Of a DNA stretch of 64,000 bases, positions 1 to 15,900 are shown piece after piece. The notes under the pieces were generated by a model. That model was given only the letters and a program-made list of their open reading frames with translations. It was not told where the DNA came from and did not search any database. Source of the stretch: Mytilus trossulus (taxonomy: Eukaryota); assembly GCF_036588685.1 (NCBI RefSeq), contig NC_086374.1, positions 22,320,001-22,384,000 on the forward strand, read 5' to 3'. The translations under genes and the position numbers were made by a program. Position 1 is the stretch's first letter. Each line of letters opens with the position of its first letter.

Positions 1-711
1 AACTTTGTATTTATTTTAACACTTTATGTCTTAGACAAATGTTTAAACAAATTAGAAATGAGAAACATGTTTAAATAAAGACAATTAAAATTGCTAAATT
101 TAAACAGAGCTTCTCAACTACCTCAAGACTTATGGTTAGCCTTTTGAAATATTTTATTAGAGCGTCTCTGATAAGTGTTTAGCAGACGAAACGCGTGTCT
201 TTCGAACAATATCGAAAGCCTGGTATATCGTTGATGCGATAATTTTATATGAGAGTCATATACAGGGACTACATCACTACATGAAATCGGCAGACAAAGG
301 TCTATAAAGAAACACTTTGTAGTGTACTTTCTTTAATCTAAAACTAAATAATTAAAATATGTATTATTTCCGACTAGAAAATGGCATAAAAATGAATTCG
401 ATTTTGGTGTGAACTTGTACCTACTTGTAATTTTGTAATACCAAATTAACAAAACACAGTGATATTATCTTTTTGCAACTTTACACTAGCTCTTTCCTTC
501 TATCATTTCACTATATGTTGCACAAGGGAAAACAGAACCAACAATAACTAGAAGTTCATTCCTTTTTTCATTAAAATATAGTAAATATGTGAGGGAGCAT
601 TTGATTTTTCAACTACAATTTCACAATTCCCTTCTTAATCAAATTTATTAAATGAAACTATTTGCATTTCTTCAACACTTTAGTTACCACTGCTTTGGAT
701 ATATATCATAC

Positions 712-974
712 CTTGAAAGGCTCATCAAAAACAACTTCATCGTCATTGTAAACAATAATTCGGACAGTGTCAACCTCTTCTGTTACTACAATTACATCCA
801 TAATTGATTCCGGTTCATCCCATGTCAATACAACGGTTGGTGTTTCATCATCAGGTGCTGGGGTCCATCCTTCAGGTTCAAGAACTTGATCTGCCTCAGT
901 TGGATTAGATGATGTGGTCACTTTTTCAACATCTACTAGTTCAGATACCGTATTTACTGGACACTCCATGATAG
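712..974 (-). CDS. Type III domain exon a, copy 4 (partner exon b expected beyond the window start)
   Basis: 263 bp, phase 1-0. Confidence 0.85.
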
Positions 975-3900
975 CTATAAATATGAATAGGAACTGAAGT
1001 TATACTATAACTATAATCAATTGTATGCATATTCATCATAGACACTATATTCGTATGTTTGGATTAAAACAATTCTGTTACTGGAAACAAGGTTGTTCAA
1101 TTTTTTTTTATTTGAATATCGAAATTGTAAAATAACACTCACACATATATATATACTTTCAACTTTAACTTCAGTAACTATGCGTTTTATATTTCAGTTT
1201 TCACCAGTATTAAAATTTATACACGATATTTTGGAAATGAACAAAAATCAAAAACATAAAGAAAATTACGATTTGATTACAACCGACAAAATATCCATAC
1301 ACAATAAAGGACCGACGCATTGCAATATTTTTAATACATAAATTCAAGTAAACTTTTAAATAACATAATACAAACTATTTAAGGAATTATGTAAGCATTC
1401 TGTTATTAAAACAATCTCGTATTTTATCTAATTTTTTTTTCTTGACGAGATTTAATAGGTAGCGATTAAGTTTACACTAACATACCTGTTGTAGTTGGTA
1501 CCAAAGTTGTTGTTGATGTAGTTGGCAGGATAACTGTTGTAATCTCTGGAAAACATAGTGATATATTATTTTCTCAAAATTGAAAACATGGCTACATCAT
1601 CAAACATATATTTGCAATGTGTTACTCAGATATTTTGCAAGAAATTAATTTACAGGAAAATGTACATCACGAATCTATTTATTTGTAGCAACAAAATAAA
1701 TATAACATTTCATCTTTGTATAGTATTTCTGTAAATAATTGAGAAAAAAAGTCAAATAAAGAAAACCGAAATATTGTTACCTTAAATTTGAACAACTACT
1801 TAATATTATATTTATATCCAGCCTATTTTCATAACCTGCGTAGACCTGTTGTTTATCTATTCATAGTTGGTTGTCGATGAGTATTTGTTCAGAAGGTGAT
1901 TATAGTTATAAATAAATTTCTGCACTTATTTTTGCACTGTGGTATGGTGATGCATACTTGTAGAATATATGAATTCAGAACTTATATATATACCTAGTTT
2001 TGTACACGTGTCTTGTTAACAAGAACATTTCAATTTTATCCCTATAGTCATTCAAGAATAGTTACTCAGCAAACGACAAAGTTTGAAGGTCAGATGGGAA
2101 ATTCGAGAAATTTGATTGGAGGAGAAGTTGCAAGTAAGTATCAACTTCTCTTTAACAAAATAAACTAATTATTTAACAAAACTTAAAAAGTTACCTTTCC
2201 TACAGATTTTAACTGTTACATCCTTCACAACAGGCGTCGCAACATCCGACACAGGTGTAATTATCAATTTAATCTTGTTACCAGGAACAATGTCCTTCTT
2301 GATATTCGGTAAAGTGACCTCTACTGTAGGGTCATCTGGTTGTACCTGTTTAACAAGAAATGCATCATGGATTTTCTCATATATACCATATGCTTGATAT
2401 AAACAAAAAAAGCTTATGTACGGTGGATATTTTTGACAGTAATTTTAAAACCGTTTCTTCATCGTTCCACTTTGATTATTAAGATTTATATATTTATTTA
2501 AACTCTTAATTTCCTGAACAAATGATTCAACCAATGAGGAGTTGATATCAGAAGGACAAAACAAGGGATAAATCAACTTTCTCTAGAAAGTAACAAAAGT
2601 TCATAGATCAAGTATTTGGTTTGTTCAACTACAATTTCACAAATATCATCTTAATCAAATTAACAAAATGAAAATATTTGCATTTCTTCAACACTGTAGC
2701 TACCATTTCTTTAGTAAATATGTGAGAGAGCATTTGATTTTTAAACTTCAATTTCACAGTTCCCTTCTTAACCAAATTAATTACATGAAATTATTTGCAT
2801 TTCTTCAACACTTTAGCTACCACTTCTTTGGATATATATCATACCTTGAAAGGCTCATCAAAAACAACTTCATCGTCATTGTAAACAATGATTCGGACAG
2901 TGTCAACTTCTTCTGTTACAACAATTACATCCATAACTGATTTCGGTTCATCCCATGTCAATACAACGGTTGGAGTATCATCATCAGGAGCTGGGGTCCA
3001 TCCTTCAGGTTCAAGAACTTGATCTGCCTCAGTTGGATTAGATGATGTAATAACATTTTCAACATCTATTGGTTCAGATACTGTATTTACTGGACACTCC
3101 ATGATAGCTATGAATATGAATATGAAATTATACTATAACTAGAATTAATTGTATACATATTCGTTATAGAGACTCTATTTATATATTTGGATTCAAACAA
3201 TTCTGTTTGTATGGAATCAAATTCGTTTAACTTACTTTGTAAAGGGGAATAAAGAGATGAATGTCTTTAAAATATTTTTCATTATTTCATCGACTTCATT
3301 TTTCTTCAACAAAACTAATTAGATATAGAAATATGTGGTATGAGTGCCAATGGAACAATCCTCCATTCGAATCACTATTTAAAAAAGTGGCTCACAACGA
3401 ACATCAAGCTCTATCAGGTCTGTTACCTATCAGACATTAACTCAAAATTATGTGACTTTTTCTTCAACAAAACTAATTAGATATAGAAAGATGTGGTGTG
3501 GGTGCCAATGAGACAACTCAAAATTATGTATGTATGTGCCTGTTTCAAGTCAGGAGCCTGTAATTTAGTAGTTGTTGTTTGTTTGTGTTACATTTTTGTT
3601 CTTCGTTAACTTTTTTTATATAAATGAGGCCGTTAGTTTTCTCGTTTGAATTGTTTTACATTGTCGTTTCGGGGCCTTTTATAGCTGACTATGCGGTATG
3701 AGTTTTGCTCATTGTTAAAGATCATACAGTGACCTATAGTTGTTAATTTCGGTGTCAGTTTGGTCTTTTGTGGAGAGTTGTCTCATTGGCATACCACATC
3801 TTCTTTCTTATATCTACTTCCATTACTTACTTTTTATAAAAGTGGCTCACACCGAACAGCAAGGTATAAATGGGCCCCAAAAAAAAATGATTCTATTTAA

Positions 3901-6900
3901 TTCATTTTTTATTTCTCTATTTTAATCAGTTGTAGCATGTAATTTTACTTTAACATACCTGTGGTTGTTGGTACTAAAGTAGTTGTTGATGTAGACGGCA
4001 TGATGACTGTTGTAATCTCTGAAAACATAATTGTTTTATTTATTTCTTTTTTAATTAAATACTAAATCCAACCATAAAAATATATGTGTACTGTGTTACT
4101 AAAATATCTTGCATGAAATGATAGTTCAGGAAAATTCACTTAATGTAGCAATTTTTTTGAAGCTACAAAATAAACGATTACATTCACTTTATGTTAATTC
4201 ATATTCGTAAATAAAGGAAACAGTAGTATACCGATGTTCAAACTCATAAATCGATAGAAAAAAAAATCCTGGTCACAAACCGAAACCTAGGGAAACGCAT
4301 TAAATATAAAAGAATGACGACACAACATTAAAATGTAACACACACAGAAACGAACTAAGCATTTGACAAAATCCGACGAGAATAACATATATAACATCAA
4401 AACTAAATACATGAAGTGAAAGGTTTTTTTTTGCATTATTTTTTTTGGTCAAATATGCACCAAACAAAAGCAAACTATTTTTTTCGGAAATATGTCCATT
4501 CATGATAAAACATATAAGTGTCTCAATCGTAATGCAGAAAATATATCATTCGAAAACAAATATTGCAATGACTTTTGTCTTGGTTATGAACCAATATCTC
4601 GGCCTATTCAGAAGTGACATACAAGAAGCAAGTAACATAGCTGTAACTTTATGAAAAAAGAATTTTAGAAAGGTTTAGTTAAGAATTGAATGCTTCTTTT
4701 TGTAACTTCATTGGGGTGTAAAAGCATTGACCGATGTACATTTTGTATAAAGCGCGCAAGTTCTTCATTTTAAAAATGTGCACACGGTCAACGCTTTTAC
4801 AACACCACGAAGTTACAAAATGAAGCATTCAATACTTATAATTACTTTTTTAGCTATGATCATGAAAACACGATTTTTATCAAGTTTCTTATTTAATTTA
4901 CCTGTGCACTTTATTGCGGGACCTTGTGTGATCATGAATGATAAATTTTATTGTGTAATGAAATTGTTTAAGGAATAACGCGAGATTGCAGAGTAGCCAG
5001 TCAGAATATCGTAATATAATGAAACATACATCTAATGAAATTATTATTAAATGAATGCTTAATGACTTGTGATCATGAAGATACTTGATATATCCATGAA
5101 GTGCTCAATATATGAATTGAACCATGTCAATCGGAAGTATGTTATATTCCTGTGGGTGTCCAAATACAAGCTTCTGTTATTTTGTTTATCCAACATATCT
5201 ATATCAGACCATAACGTACCTTTTGGATGAATACATGCAATAACTTCTGTATCAGAAACAATAGGTGGTTCAGCTCTTAGTGGTGACACCAGTTTAATTA
5301 TAATTTCTGTACCAATAACACCATTGAAACTTAAAACTACTGGTTCTTGTCCTGTTGATTTTGGCATTTTCTAAAATAATATGTCAAAGATCAAGTGTTG
5401 AGAGATTTACACACATTTTGAATAAATGAATTCACGCCGTTCCCCCTTTACTATCACAAACCAGAAAATCGATCTAGAAACGAAAAATATTAACGGTCAA
5501 ATATTTAAAATGGTTAAAACAATAATAAAATCGATAAAAATACATGTCATAAAAAAGAAGACGTGGTATGAATGCCAATTAAACAACTGTCCACAAGAGA
5601 CCAACATGACACAGACATTAACACCTATAGGTCACCGAACGCCCTTCAACAATGAGCAAAGCCCATACCGCATAGCCAGCTATAAAAGGCCTCTTTAAGA
5701 CAATGTTAAACAATTCAAACGAGAAAACTTATGGCCTTATTTATATAAAAAAAATGAACGAGAAACAAATATGTTACACATAAACAAACGACAACCACTG
5801 AATTACAGGCTCCTAACTTGGGACAGGCACATACATAATGTGGCGGGGTTAAACATGTAAGCGGGATCCCAACCATCCCCTAACCTGGGACAGTGTTATA
5901 ACAGTACAACATAAGAACGAACTATAAAAATCAGTTAGAAAAGGCTTAACTCATCAGACAAAATAATGTTAGCATGTGCCCGTTGGCATTTATTTGTATT
6001 GCAAACGAAGCAATAAAGCAAATATACACATAGGATTTGAGGACCAACAACATATTACCATGTCAAAGATATAGAGCATATATTTTTCTTATAATTTGTT
6101 TAAACGGTATATCGGTGCTTTTGTCCCGTATATTTATGTGACGCTAGAGTAATGTGGCTTTCTCAAACAGCAATCTATTTCTATTTTTGGTAGTGTCATG
6201 CAAGTATTTTCAAATTTCAAAGCAACGGTTAATATCGTTTCTATGATTATTACACCCCAGCTCTATTGTTATACTTCAAAGTTTCTATTTTTGAAACACG
6301 TGTAAATTGAATAGATCTATTGTTATGAATAACAATGGATTTTGACCACAGGCTGTGACAAGCGGGGTTTCTGGAAACCCCTGCTTCTACATCCCGCAAA
6401 TAAAGTCCATTGTTATCCGTAACAATAGAAATTGATTATTCTTTAAATAGCATGAACACAAGAAATTACTAACAGTGTTCACTACAAATTGTTTCAAGAT
6501 ATCAAAAAAAAAAACCATTTAAGGAAATTCCATTAGCGAAAAAAAAAATAAGCATTTATTTTAAATAAAAAAAATCCTTCAATCATTCCTTTGCAGAAAG
6601 TAATATTTTTTTATCCCAGTCATATGTTTCTATTATAAAAAAGGGGGGATTCTAACTCTCGCCCCCCCCCCCCCGTTATCAAGTGGCCGTTCCGGGGTAG
6701 TAGTTTCGCGGGTGGGACCAGATTTAAAAGATCAATGTATTTGACTTATTTGAACCCCCACCCCTTTCTTTTGAGTTGGGAACCCCAGCTGGATCAGCCC
6801 CTCGCAAAAGAAAAAGTTACGAAATATTAAATCTGTAACTTTGTATACTGAGCGTGCCTGGAAGTCGGGTTTCTTTTGCAGACACACTTATCCCTTTGTA

Positions 6901-9900
6901 GGTCCGAATATGAATGTTTATTCATTCTCGAGAAGAGGGGGGCTTTTCCCCCCATAAAACCGTAAGATAGAAAATATAGTTATGATTACCTTTATTAAAC
7001 TGATACAGGTAAGTTCTTTGGGTTATAATATTGCCTTTATCTTTTAAATTAGTCTCATCTACCAAATCCAACGCTTGCTAAGAAATGTCGTCCGTCTCAT
7101 ACCCTTCCATATTGACAACTGCATACAAGGAGCATGACGTATTTTTTGTTTTTAATATGAATACACGATACGGTCAACCTTGACCTGCTGATCCATATCA
7201 ACCAAAGGATTTATTTGGAATATGCAAAACAACCTTGACATTGGTAAAACATACTCACTTGTCAAAATGTGAACGAAGATAACCAAAAAAGGTTACTAGT
7301 GGGTTTTCATGTAATAACAAAAAAATCTTATAAATGATGGTTTGATATTGTCAATAAAATATACGCTATCGGTTTTTTTTCATTTGATAATCAATTTAAC
7401 AATATAGAGTTTAAAATGTGGTGTAAGTTAGTTATACACCTCGGGATACGGCATGTCTGGATAAGAAACCCCTACGGCATACCTTTCCCTCGGTGTATAA
7501 CTATTACATGAATTGCAAGTTTGCTATATGTGCAGATTAAAGACTTACTGTTACAGTTGTCACTGTTACTCCTTCAACATTCTTTAATTCAGCTTCTATC
7601 TGTTTGACATTGGTGACAGTCATGCTAACTTGGTAAACCTTTGGACTGTCGTCGTCGTCATTTAGTTTCAGAACAACTACAGGGTTTCTAGCATCGGCAA
7701 TCCATCCAGTGGTTCGCAGTATGTCTTCTGGGTTAAATCCATTGGCAGAATCATCGGTAGTTACTGCTAACATTGTTGGAGTAAGTTCATCTAAAGCGGT
7801 CTTCATACACTCTGTTTAATGATTAAAAACATGTTCAGGGTTAAAGTTTATGTGTGCAATAGTTCAAGAGAATAATAATAGTACGGCGAATGAGGGGGAT
7901 TAATTTCGATGACACTCAGCAAGTTCTATAAAAGAGGAACACATAAATACTATTTTTAAAAAACACATAAACATTGGAGAAATAAGGGTTCAAGCACACT
8001 GACAGACCAATAGTTAAACCAGAAAGTTATTCAAATTAAACCAGAAAGTAATTTAAGTGTCGTATTCGATAGAAGAAACTGCTACACTAGTGGCAAACTT
8101 TTGAAAGAAATCGGTGTAAAATAAGTATGTAGGTTATAAAAACATTTCCAATCCAAGTTGATAGTTATCAAGGGTACCAGGATTATAATTAGGTAAACCA
8201 GACGCACGTTTCGTCTACAAAAGCCTCATCAGGGACGCTCATATCCAAATATTTTTAAAACCAAACTAGTACAAAGTTGAAGAGCAATGAGGTTCCAAAA
8301 TTCCAAGACGTTGTGCCAAGTTGAACGACTTCATAATTTATTGATGGTATTTCCAAGTGAGAGAGATGATATATACCACATTTCGTAGCCCATACTCATC
8401 CTAAAATTGTCGATTACGAGAACACATGACTGGTTCCAAATTTCAATGGACAATTTAGTAAATGCCAGTAGTGAAGCAGGAAGCCTTGGTCCGTTAATAG
8501 CGGCATAATACTACCAAATATTAGTTTTAAGGAGTAAGTGTTAAGTTTGATTATGTTTTCGGACTATGATTTTCTGCTATCTTATTTGACAATGCTTTTG
8601 TGTTTTTATGTGTTTATTAACCAATATGCCAAATATTACGATTTTTTAAAATGTTTTACTGTTTATTCTTCGTCATTTTTGGGAGATGGTGTTGTTATTT
8701 TTCTGCTTCTGTTTGTTGCTCCTATTAAATATTCGACTCACTTCGTGTAGAGTTTACTAAATAAATCTATTACATTTTATTCGACTGCTTATTTTATATT
8801 TCTACATGTGTAACGTGGTTCGTTCTACTTGGTACTTTACTTTACCTGTAGTTGTTGATAACAAAGTTGTTGATGATGTAGTAGACGTGACGACTGTCGT
8901 AATCTCTGTAAAAGATATTAATATGATATTGCATCTAAACACACAAGTAATTGGGATCAGAAAAACCCACATTTACAGCAATGTATTGTTCTACAGTTGT
9001 AATGTAATGCAGCCTTTTAAAAAAAATTGTTTGCAATTATTATCAAATAAAACGATCATAAAAATAATCAACGGGAATGCAGATCTTCAACATGATAAAC
9101 AATGCCAGCAGAGATCATTTTTTACTAGTTCTACTGTATTATTGAGGATAATATATGATTTTAAAAACAAGATGATATTTCATTTACAATATCATTGAGA
9201 TATGCCCTTTCTTTCTAGTGATTATTTTCAATCTCAATCAGGTAGCATCGAATGAATAATTGTCACTCCAATTATAAAAGGAAAAAAACACAAAGGAATA
9301 ATAATGTCAAACTAATTACAAGGGGTCATATCTACACAACTGAATTATTGTACACTCATATATAGCACATATTCATAAGCTTTAGTAAACATTTAGTGTT
9401 TGAGCTTTTGATTTTGCCATTTGATTAGGGCTTTTCTTTTTGAATTTTCCTCGGAGTATAGTACTAGTATTTTTGTGATTTCACTTATTTTATTTAGTGA
9501 CAGTTGATATTTGTAGACTATTTGTTTAACTGGTGTTTATAAATATGTTATAAATCTTTCTGCACTTCGAGTTACAGAAAATCTGTATCACATCTTTCAT
9601 ATTCGTACAATGTTGTTTCGAAATGAATCAATAAAGGCAACAGTAGTATATCGCTGTAAAAAAACTGAGAAAACAAACGACGAAACGTTTAAATGTAATA
9701 CACACAGAAACGAACAATAATATATCAATGGCCATATTCCTGACTTGGTACAGGACATTTTTAAAAGAAAAAATGGTGGGTTGAACCTGGTTTTGTGGCA
9801 CGCCAAACCTTCCTCTTTTATGGCCTTGTGAAATATAACATCAAAATGACAATACAACACTACAGGACCACAATATAAATGAATTAGAGAACACAATTGA

Positions 9901-12900
9901 CAAAGAAACACACGAACAACAGCCAACAAAAGGCAACAAGTTCAAAATTTCAATACGCCAATGCACGATATGTGAATTCGGAATTTGGGGTAGATATGCC
10001 TTATTATGTAATCATATGTTGATTACAAGAAAAATGAAATTTAACCTTTGTAGTCATCCATGCAAAGATACTTGGTAAACGGAAAAGTATGAACCTCTGA
10101 CTTCAAAGCTTAGATGAGAAATTCTCGTAATTTCATTGGAGTAAGCGTTGTAATTAAGTGCTATCTTAGCTTTATCAAAATTAACTAATCATTTACAAAT
10201 CTAAACAAACTTACCTTTCCTACAGATTTTAACTTTCACGTCTTTCACAACAGGCGTTGCAACATCCGACAAAGGTGTAATTATAAATTTAATCTTGTTA
10301 CCAGGAACAACGTCCTTCTTGATATTTGGTAAAGTGACATCTACTGTCTGATCATCTGGTTGAACCTGTTTAGCAATAAGTGCATCATGAAATGATACGA
10401 TATATCATATGTTGATTGAAATTGCAAAATTTAAAAAGCTCCACAATTTCATGGTTTTGACACATATTAATGGATAAAAATATTAAGTACATGCAACAAT
10501 GAAGGTAAAATTTAATACACATTTGCTGTTCATACATACAAAAAGTGTGACATAAAACTTTGAATAGATCAAAATGCACAGAATTTTTCACCGCAAGAAA
10601 CGGTAACATTAGATATTTTGGAAACACATAGTCCAGAAAATTTTGTCATTAATGCTCTTCAATTTCCTCCTATGGTTAGCCTTTTAACATATTTGATAGT
10701 GTCTCTGGTGAATATTTTGCAGACGAAACGCGTGTCTGGTAAATCTTTGGTAAGATGATCTTAATATGGGTGTCATACACAGGGATAAATCACTATATGA
10801 AATCGGAGGACATATGTCTATGATGAAACGCGTTGAAGTGTACTTTCTATAGACTAGAAAATAACATAAAAATAAATCAGATTTCGGTGTCACTGTGAAC
10901 TGCCACCTACGTGTCATTTTTTATTACCAAATTAACAAACACAGTAATTTAAACTTTTTACAAGTTTACACTAACGTTTTCTTTCTATCATTTAACTAAA
11001 ATTTTGTACAAAGAAAAACAGAACCAGAGAATTACTAGTTGCTCATTACATTTCTCATAAAAATTAAGTGAACATGTGAGAAAAAATTAGATTTTTCAAC
11101 TACAATTTCGCAAATCCCTTCTTTATTAAATTTACAACATAAAACTATTGGCGTTTCTTCACCCTAAGTTATCTTATTGGCAATCATACCACATCTTCTT
11201 TCTTAAATTTAGCTACTCATTGGATATATCATACCTTGATAGGCTCATCAAAAACAACTTCATCGTCATTGTAAACAATGATTCGGACAGTGTCAACATT
11301 TTCTGTTACAACAATTACATCCATAATTGATTCCGGTTCATCCCATGTCAATACAACGGTTGGAGTATCATCATCAGGTGCTGGAGTCCATCCTTCAGGT
11401 TCAAGAACTTGATCTGCCTCAGTTGGATTAGATGATGTAATCACTTTTTCAACAACTACTGGTTCAGATACCGTATCTACTGGACACTCCATGATAGCTT
11501 CAAATATGAATAGAAACTTATATTATTACTATAATCAATTGTATGCATATTCGTTATATATTTATATGTTTGTATTAAAACAATTCTGTTTGGAGGGATT
11601 CAATTTCGTTCAACTTGTTTTGAAAAAGGGGATAAAGAGATCAATGTCGTTTAAACATTTTCAATTATTTAATCGACATACTTTTTCTTCAACAAAACTT
11701 ATTAGATATAGAAAGATGTGGTGTGGGTGCCAATGAAACAACCCTCCATTCGAATCACTATTTAAAAAAGTAGCTCACAACGAACATCAAGCTATATCAG
11801 GTCCTTAAATATTTTTGATACTATTGAATTCATTTTTTATTTCTCATTTTTTATTAGTTTATATTTGTAGCTAGTAATTTCACTTTAACATACCTGTCGT
11901 TGTTGGTACCAAAGTTGTTGTTGATGTAGACGGCAGAATGACTGTTGTAATCTCTACAAAGCACAATTGCATTATTTCTTTCTTTTAATTAAATACTCAA
12001 TTCAACCATTAAAATATATGGGTACTGTGTTACTTAAATATCTTGCAAGAAATGATAGTTCAGGACAATTCACTTAATGTAGCAATTTATTTGAAGGTAC
12101 AAAATAAACGGTTACATTCACTTTATTTTAATTCATATTCGTAAAAGTTTTTTTTTTCAAATGCACCAAGCAAAACCCAAAAATTGTTATCTGAAATATG
12201 TACATTCATAATAAAACATATAACTGTCTTTATCGACATCCAGAAAGTGAATCATTCGAAAACTAATATTGTAATGACTTTTTGTCTTGGTAATGAAACA
12301 CTAATTCGGCTTAGCCAGACGTAACATACAAGAAGCAAGTAAATTACGCATAGCTGTAACTATATCAAAAGGGAATTATTAAAAGCTTAAGTACTACATG
12401 AATACTTGTTGACTGGTGATCATGTCGATATTTGATATATCAATGAAGTGCTTCAGATATGAATTTTACAATGTCAATTGGAAGTATATTATATTCATGT
12501 ATGTGTCTAAATACAAGATTTTTTTGCTTTGTTTAATACACATATTTACAATATGACATTACGTACCTTTTGGATGAATACATGCAATTACTTCTGTATC
12601 AGAAACAATTGGTGGTTCACCTCTTAGTGGTGACACCAGTTTAATTACAATTTCTGTACCAATAGCACCATTGAAACTTAAAACTACTGGTTCTTGTCCT
12701 GTTGATTTTGGCATTTTCTGTAATAGTATGGATAAATCAGATTTACAAATTATTTGAATAAATGAATCCGCGCCGCATTACCTATATACCATTCTCCCAT
12801 ACTATGAAGTTTTGAATTCTCAAATCTCTTTAAAAAACCCAAACAATTCGATCTAGAAAAAAATATATTTATGGTCAAATACTTGAATGTTTAAAACATT

Positions 12901-15900
12901 AAAAGAATACATATTAGTATGTGCCCCGTTTGTGATGCAAACGACGCAATAAAGCAATTATACACATAAGATTTCAGGACCAACAATATATTACCATGTC
13001 AAAGATAAAGAGCATATATTTTTTCTTATAATTTGTCAGTGCTTTTGTTCCGGACATTTATGTAACGCTATAGTATTGTGGCTTTCCCAAAACAGCAAAT
13101 TATTACTTTTTTTAATGATGGCATGCAGTTATTTTTAAACTTCAAGACAACGGTTAATACCGCTTCTATGCTTAATGAATTGCAAGTTTGCTATATCTGC
13201 ATATTCAAGACTTACTGTTACAGTTGTCACTGTTACTCCTTCAACATTCTTTAATTCAGCTTCTATCTGCTTGACATTAGTGACAGTCATGCTAACTTGG
13301 TAAACCTTTGGACTGTCGTCGTCGTCATTTAGTTTCAGAACAACTACAGGGTTTCTAGCATTGGCAATCCATCCAGTGGTTCGCAGTATGTCTTCTGGGT
13401 TAAATCCATTGGCAGAATCATCGGTAGTTACTGCTAACATTGTTGGAGTAAGTTCATCTAAAGCGGTCTTCATACACTCTGTTTAAAAATAAAAAAAACA
13501 TGTTCAGGGTTAAAGTTTATATGTGCAATAGTTCAAGAGAATAATTATAGTACGGCGAATGAGGGGGGGGGGGGGGGGTGAATTTGGATAAAAACTCAGA
13601 AAATTCAATAAAAGAGGAACACATAAATGATATTTAAAAAAAACACATGAACACTAGGGAAATTAAGGTTCAAGAACACACACAAACAAAAAGTTAAACC
13701 AGAAAGTAATGCAAGTGCCGTATTCGATAGAACTGCTACACTAGTTGCTAATTTTTTGAAAGAAATCGGTGATAGTTGCATTTGACGATGTATAAAACAA
13801 GTATGTATGCTATAAAAACATTTTCAATCCAAGCTGAACGACTTCATAATCTATTGATGGTATATCTGAGTGAGAGAGATGATATGTATAACTTTTCGTA
13901 GTCCATACTCGTTCTAAAGATTACGACAACAACTTTACTGGTACCAACTTTCAACGGACAAATGACAGTAGTGAAGCAGGAAGTCCTTTTCCGTTAACAA
14001 CATCATATTACAGGCAAATATTACATATAAGTATTTTGATTATGTTTTCGGCATATGATTTTTTGCTATCTTATTTGCAATGTTTTTGTGTTTTTTTGGT
14101 GTTTATTTGCAAATATGCCCAACATTACGAATTTTTTTAAATGTTACTGTTTTTTCTTTGTCATTTTTGGGGATGGGATTGTTATTTTTCTGCTTCTGTT
14201 TTTTGCTCCTATTAAATATTCGCCTTACTTCTTATAGAGTTTGCTAAATAAATCTATTACATTTTACTCGACTTTTTATTTTATATTTCTACATGTGTAA
14301 CGCAGTTCGTTCTACTTGGTACTCTACTTTACCTGTAGTTGTTGATAACAAAGTTGTTGCTGCTGTGATTGAAGTGACGACTGTCGTAACCTCTGTAAAA
14401 GATATTGATATGATTGTTGCATCAACATACAAAAGTATGCGGGATCAGAAAAAAACACATTTACAGCAATTTATTGTTCTACAGTTAACATATTGTTTGC
14501 AGTGATTCTAAAATAAGACGAGATGATAAAAGTCATCCAGGAATCGCAAATCTTCAACGTGATAATCAATGCCAGCAGAGATAATTCTTTATTCGTTCTG
14601 CTGTATAATCAAGGATCATATATGATTTCTAAAAGCGAGCTGATGTTTCAGCTTCAATATCATTGAGAGACGTCCTGCCTATTTAGTGATGATTTTCAAT
14701 CTTAATTAAGCAGCATCTCTTGAAAAATTGTCACTCAAATAATTAAAGGAAAAATAGACAAAGTAGCACTAACACCTTACTGTTCACAAGAGTTCACATC
14801 TACAAAACTGTATAATTGCAGACTCATATATAGCACATATTCATAACCTGCGTAAATTGTTATGTTTGAGCTTTTGATTTTACTATTTGATTAGGGAATT
14901 TTTCCTCTGAGTTTAGTATTTATATTTTTTTTAAACTTTTTTATTTAGTGACAGTTGACTTTTGTTGACTTCTTGTTTGACTGTTGTTTATAAATATGTT
15001 ATAAAACTTTCTGCACTTCAAGTGACATAAAATCTGTATCACACCTTTCATATTTTTGGAATGTTGTTTCGTAATAATTAAATGCAGCATATTTGAATTT
15101 GGAATTGGAGGAGGATATGTCTAGTTACGTACTCATATGTTGAATGAAGAAAATGCGATTTTAAACCTGCAGTCATTCATGCATATTAACTTAGTAAAGA
15201 GAAAAGTATGAACTCCTGTTTTCGAACCTTAGAGGAGAAATTCACGTTATTTGATAAGATAAGGAGTTGTAAGTTAGTGTCATCCTATCTTTATCGAAAT
15301 TAAATAAATTGTTTTTCAAAAAATTACAAACAGTTACCTTTCCTACAGATTTTCACTTGCACATCCTTCACAACAGGCGTTGCAACATCCGACACAGGTG
15401 TAATTATCAATTTAATCTTGTTACCAGGAACAATGTCCTTCTTTATATTTGGTAAAGTGACCTCTACTGTAGGGTCATCTGGTTGAACCTGTTTAACAAC
15501 AAATGCACCTTGTAATTCAGAAGATACCATATCTCATATGTTGATTGAACAGTGCGTTTAATATCATTTTTTTTTAAAGTTACAACAGTTCATGGTTTTG
15601 ACACATATTAATTGATAAAAAACTAAGTACATGTAACAATGGAGTTAATATTAACGAGTTGTTGTACATACATACAAAGAAGTGAAAGGATTTTTCACGC
15701 AAAAAACAATAACATTAGATGTTTTTGGAAATATCGTTCTGAAATTTTTGTCATGAATACTCTTTAACTTTCCCCTATGGTTGGCATTTTAAGATATGTA
15801 ATTAGAGCGTCTCTATTGGGTGTTTTGCAGATGAAACGCGTGCCAGGCGAACAATATTAGAAGTCTGGTATATCTTTGTCTATGTCTATATGAAATCGTC

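Noticed and set aside
5935-5960. CUGAUGA on the minus strand (also on the plus strand near 34624) as a hammerhead
   Set aside because: No GAAA box or NUH triplet in the required arrangement
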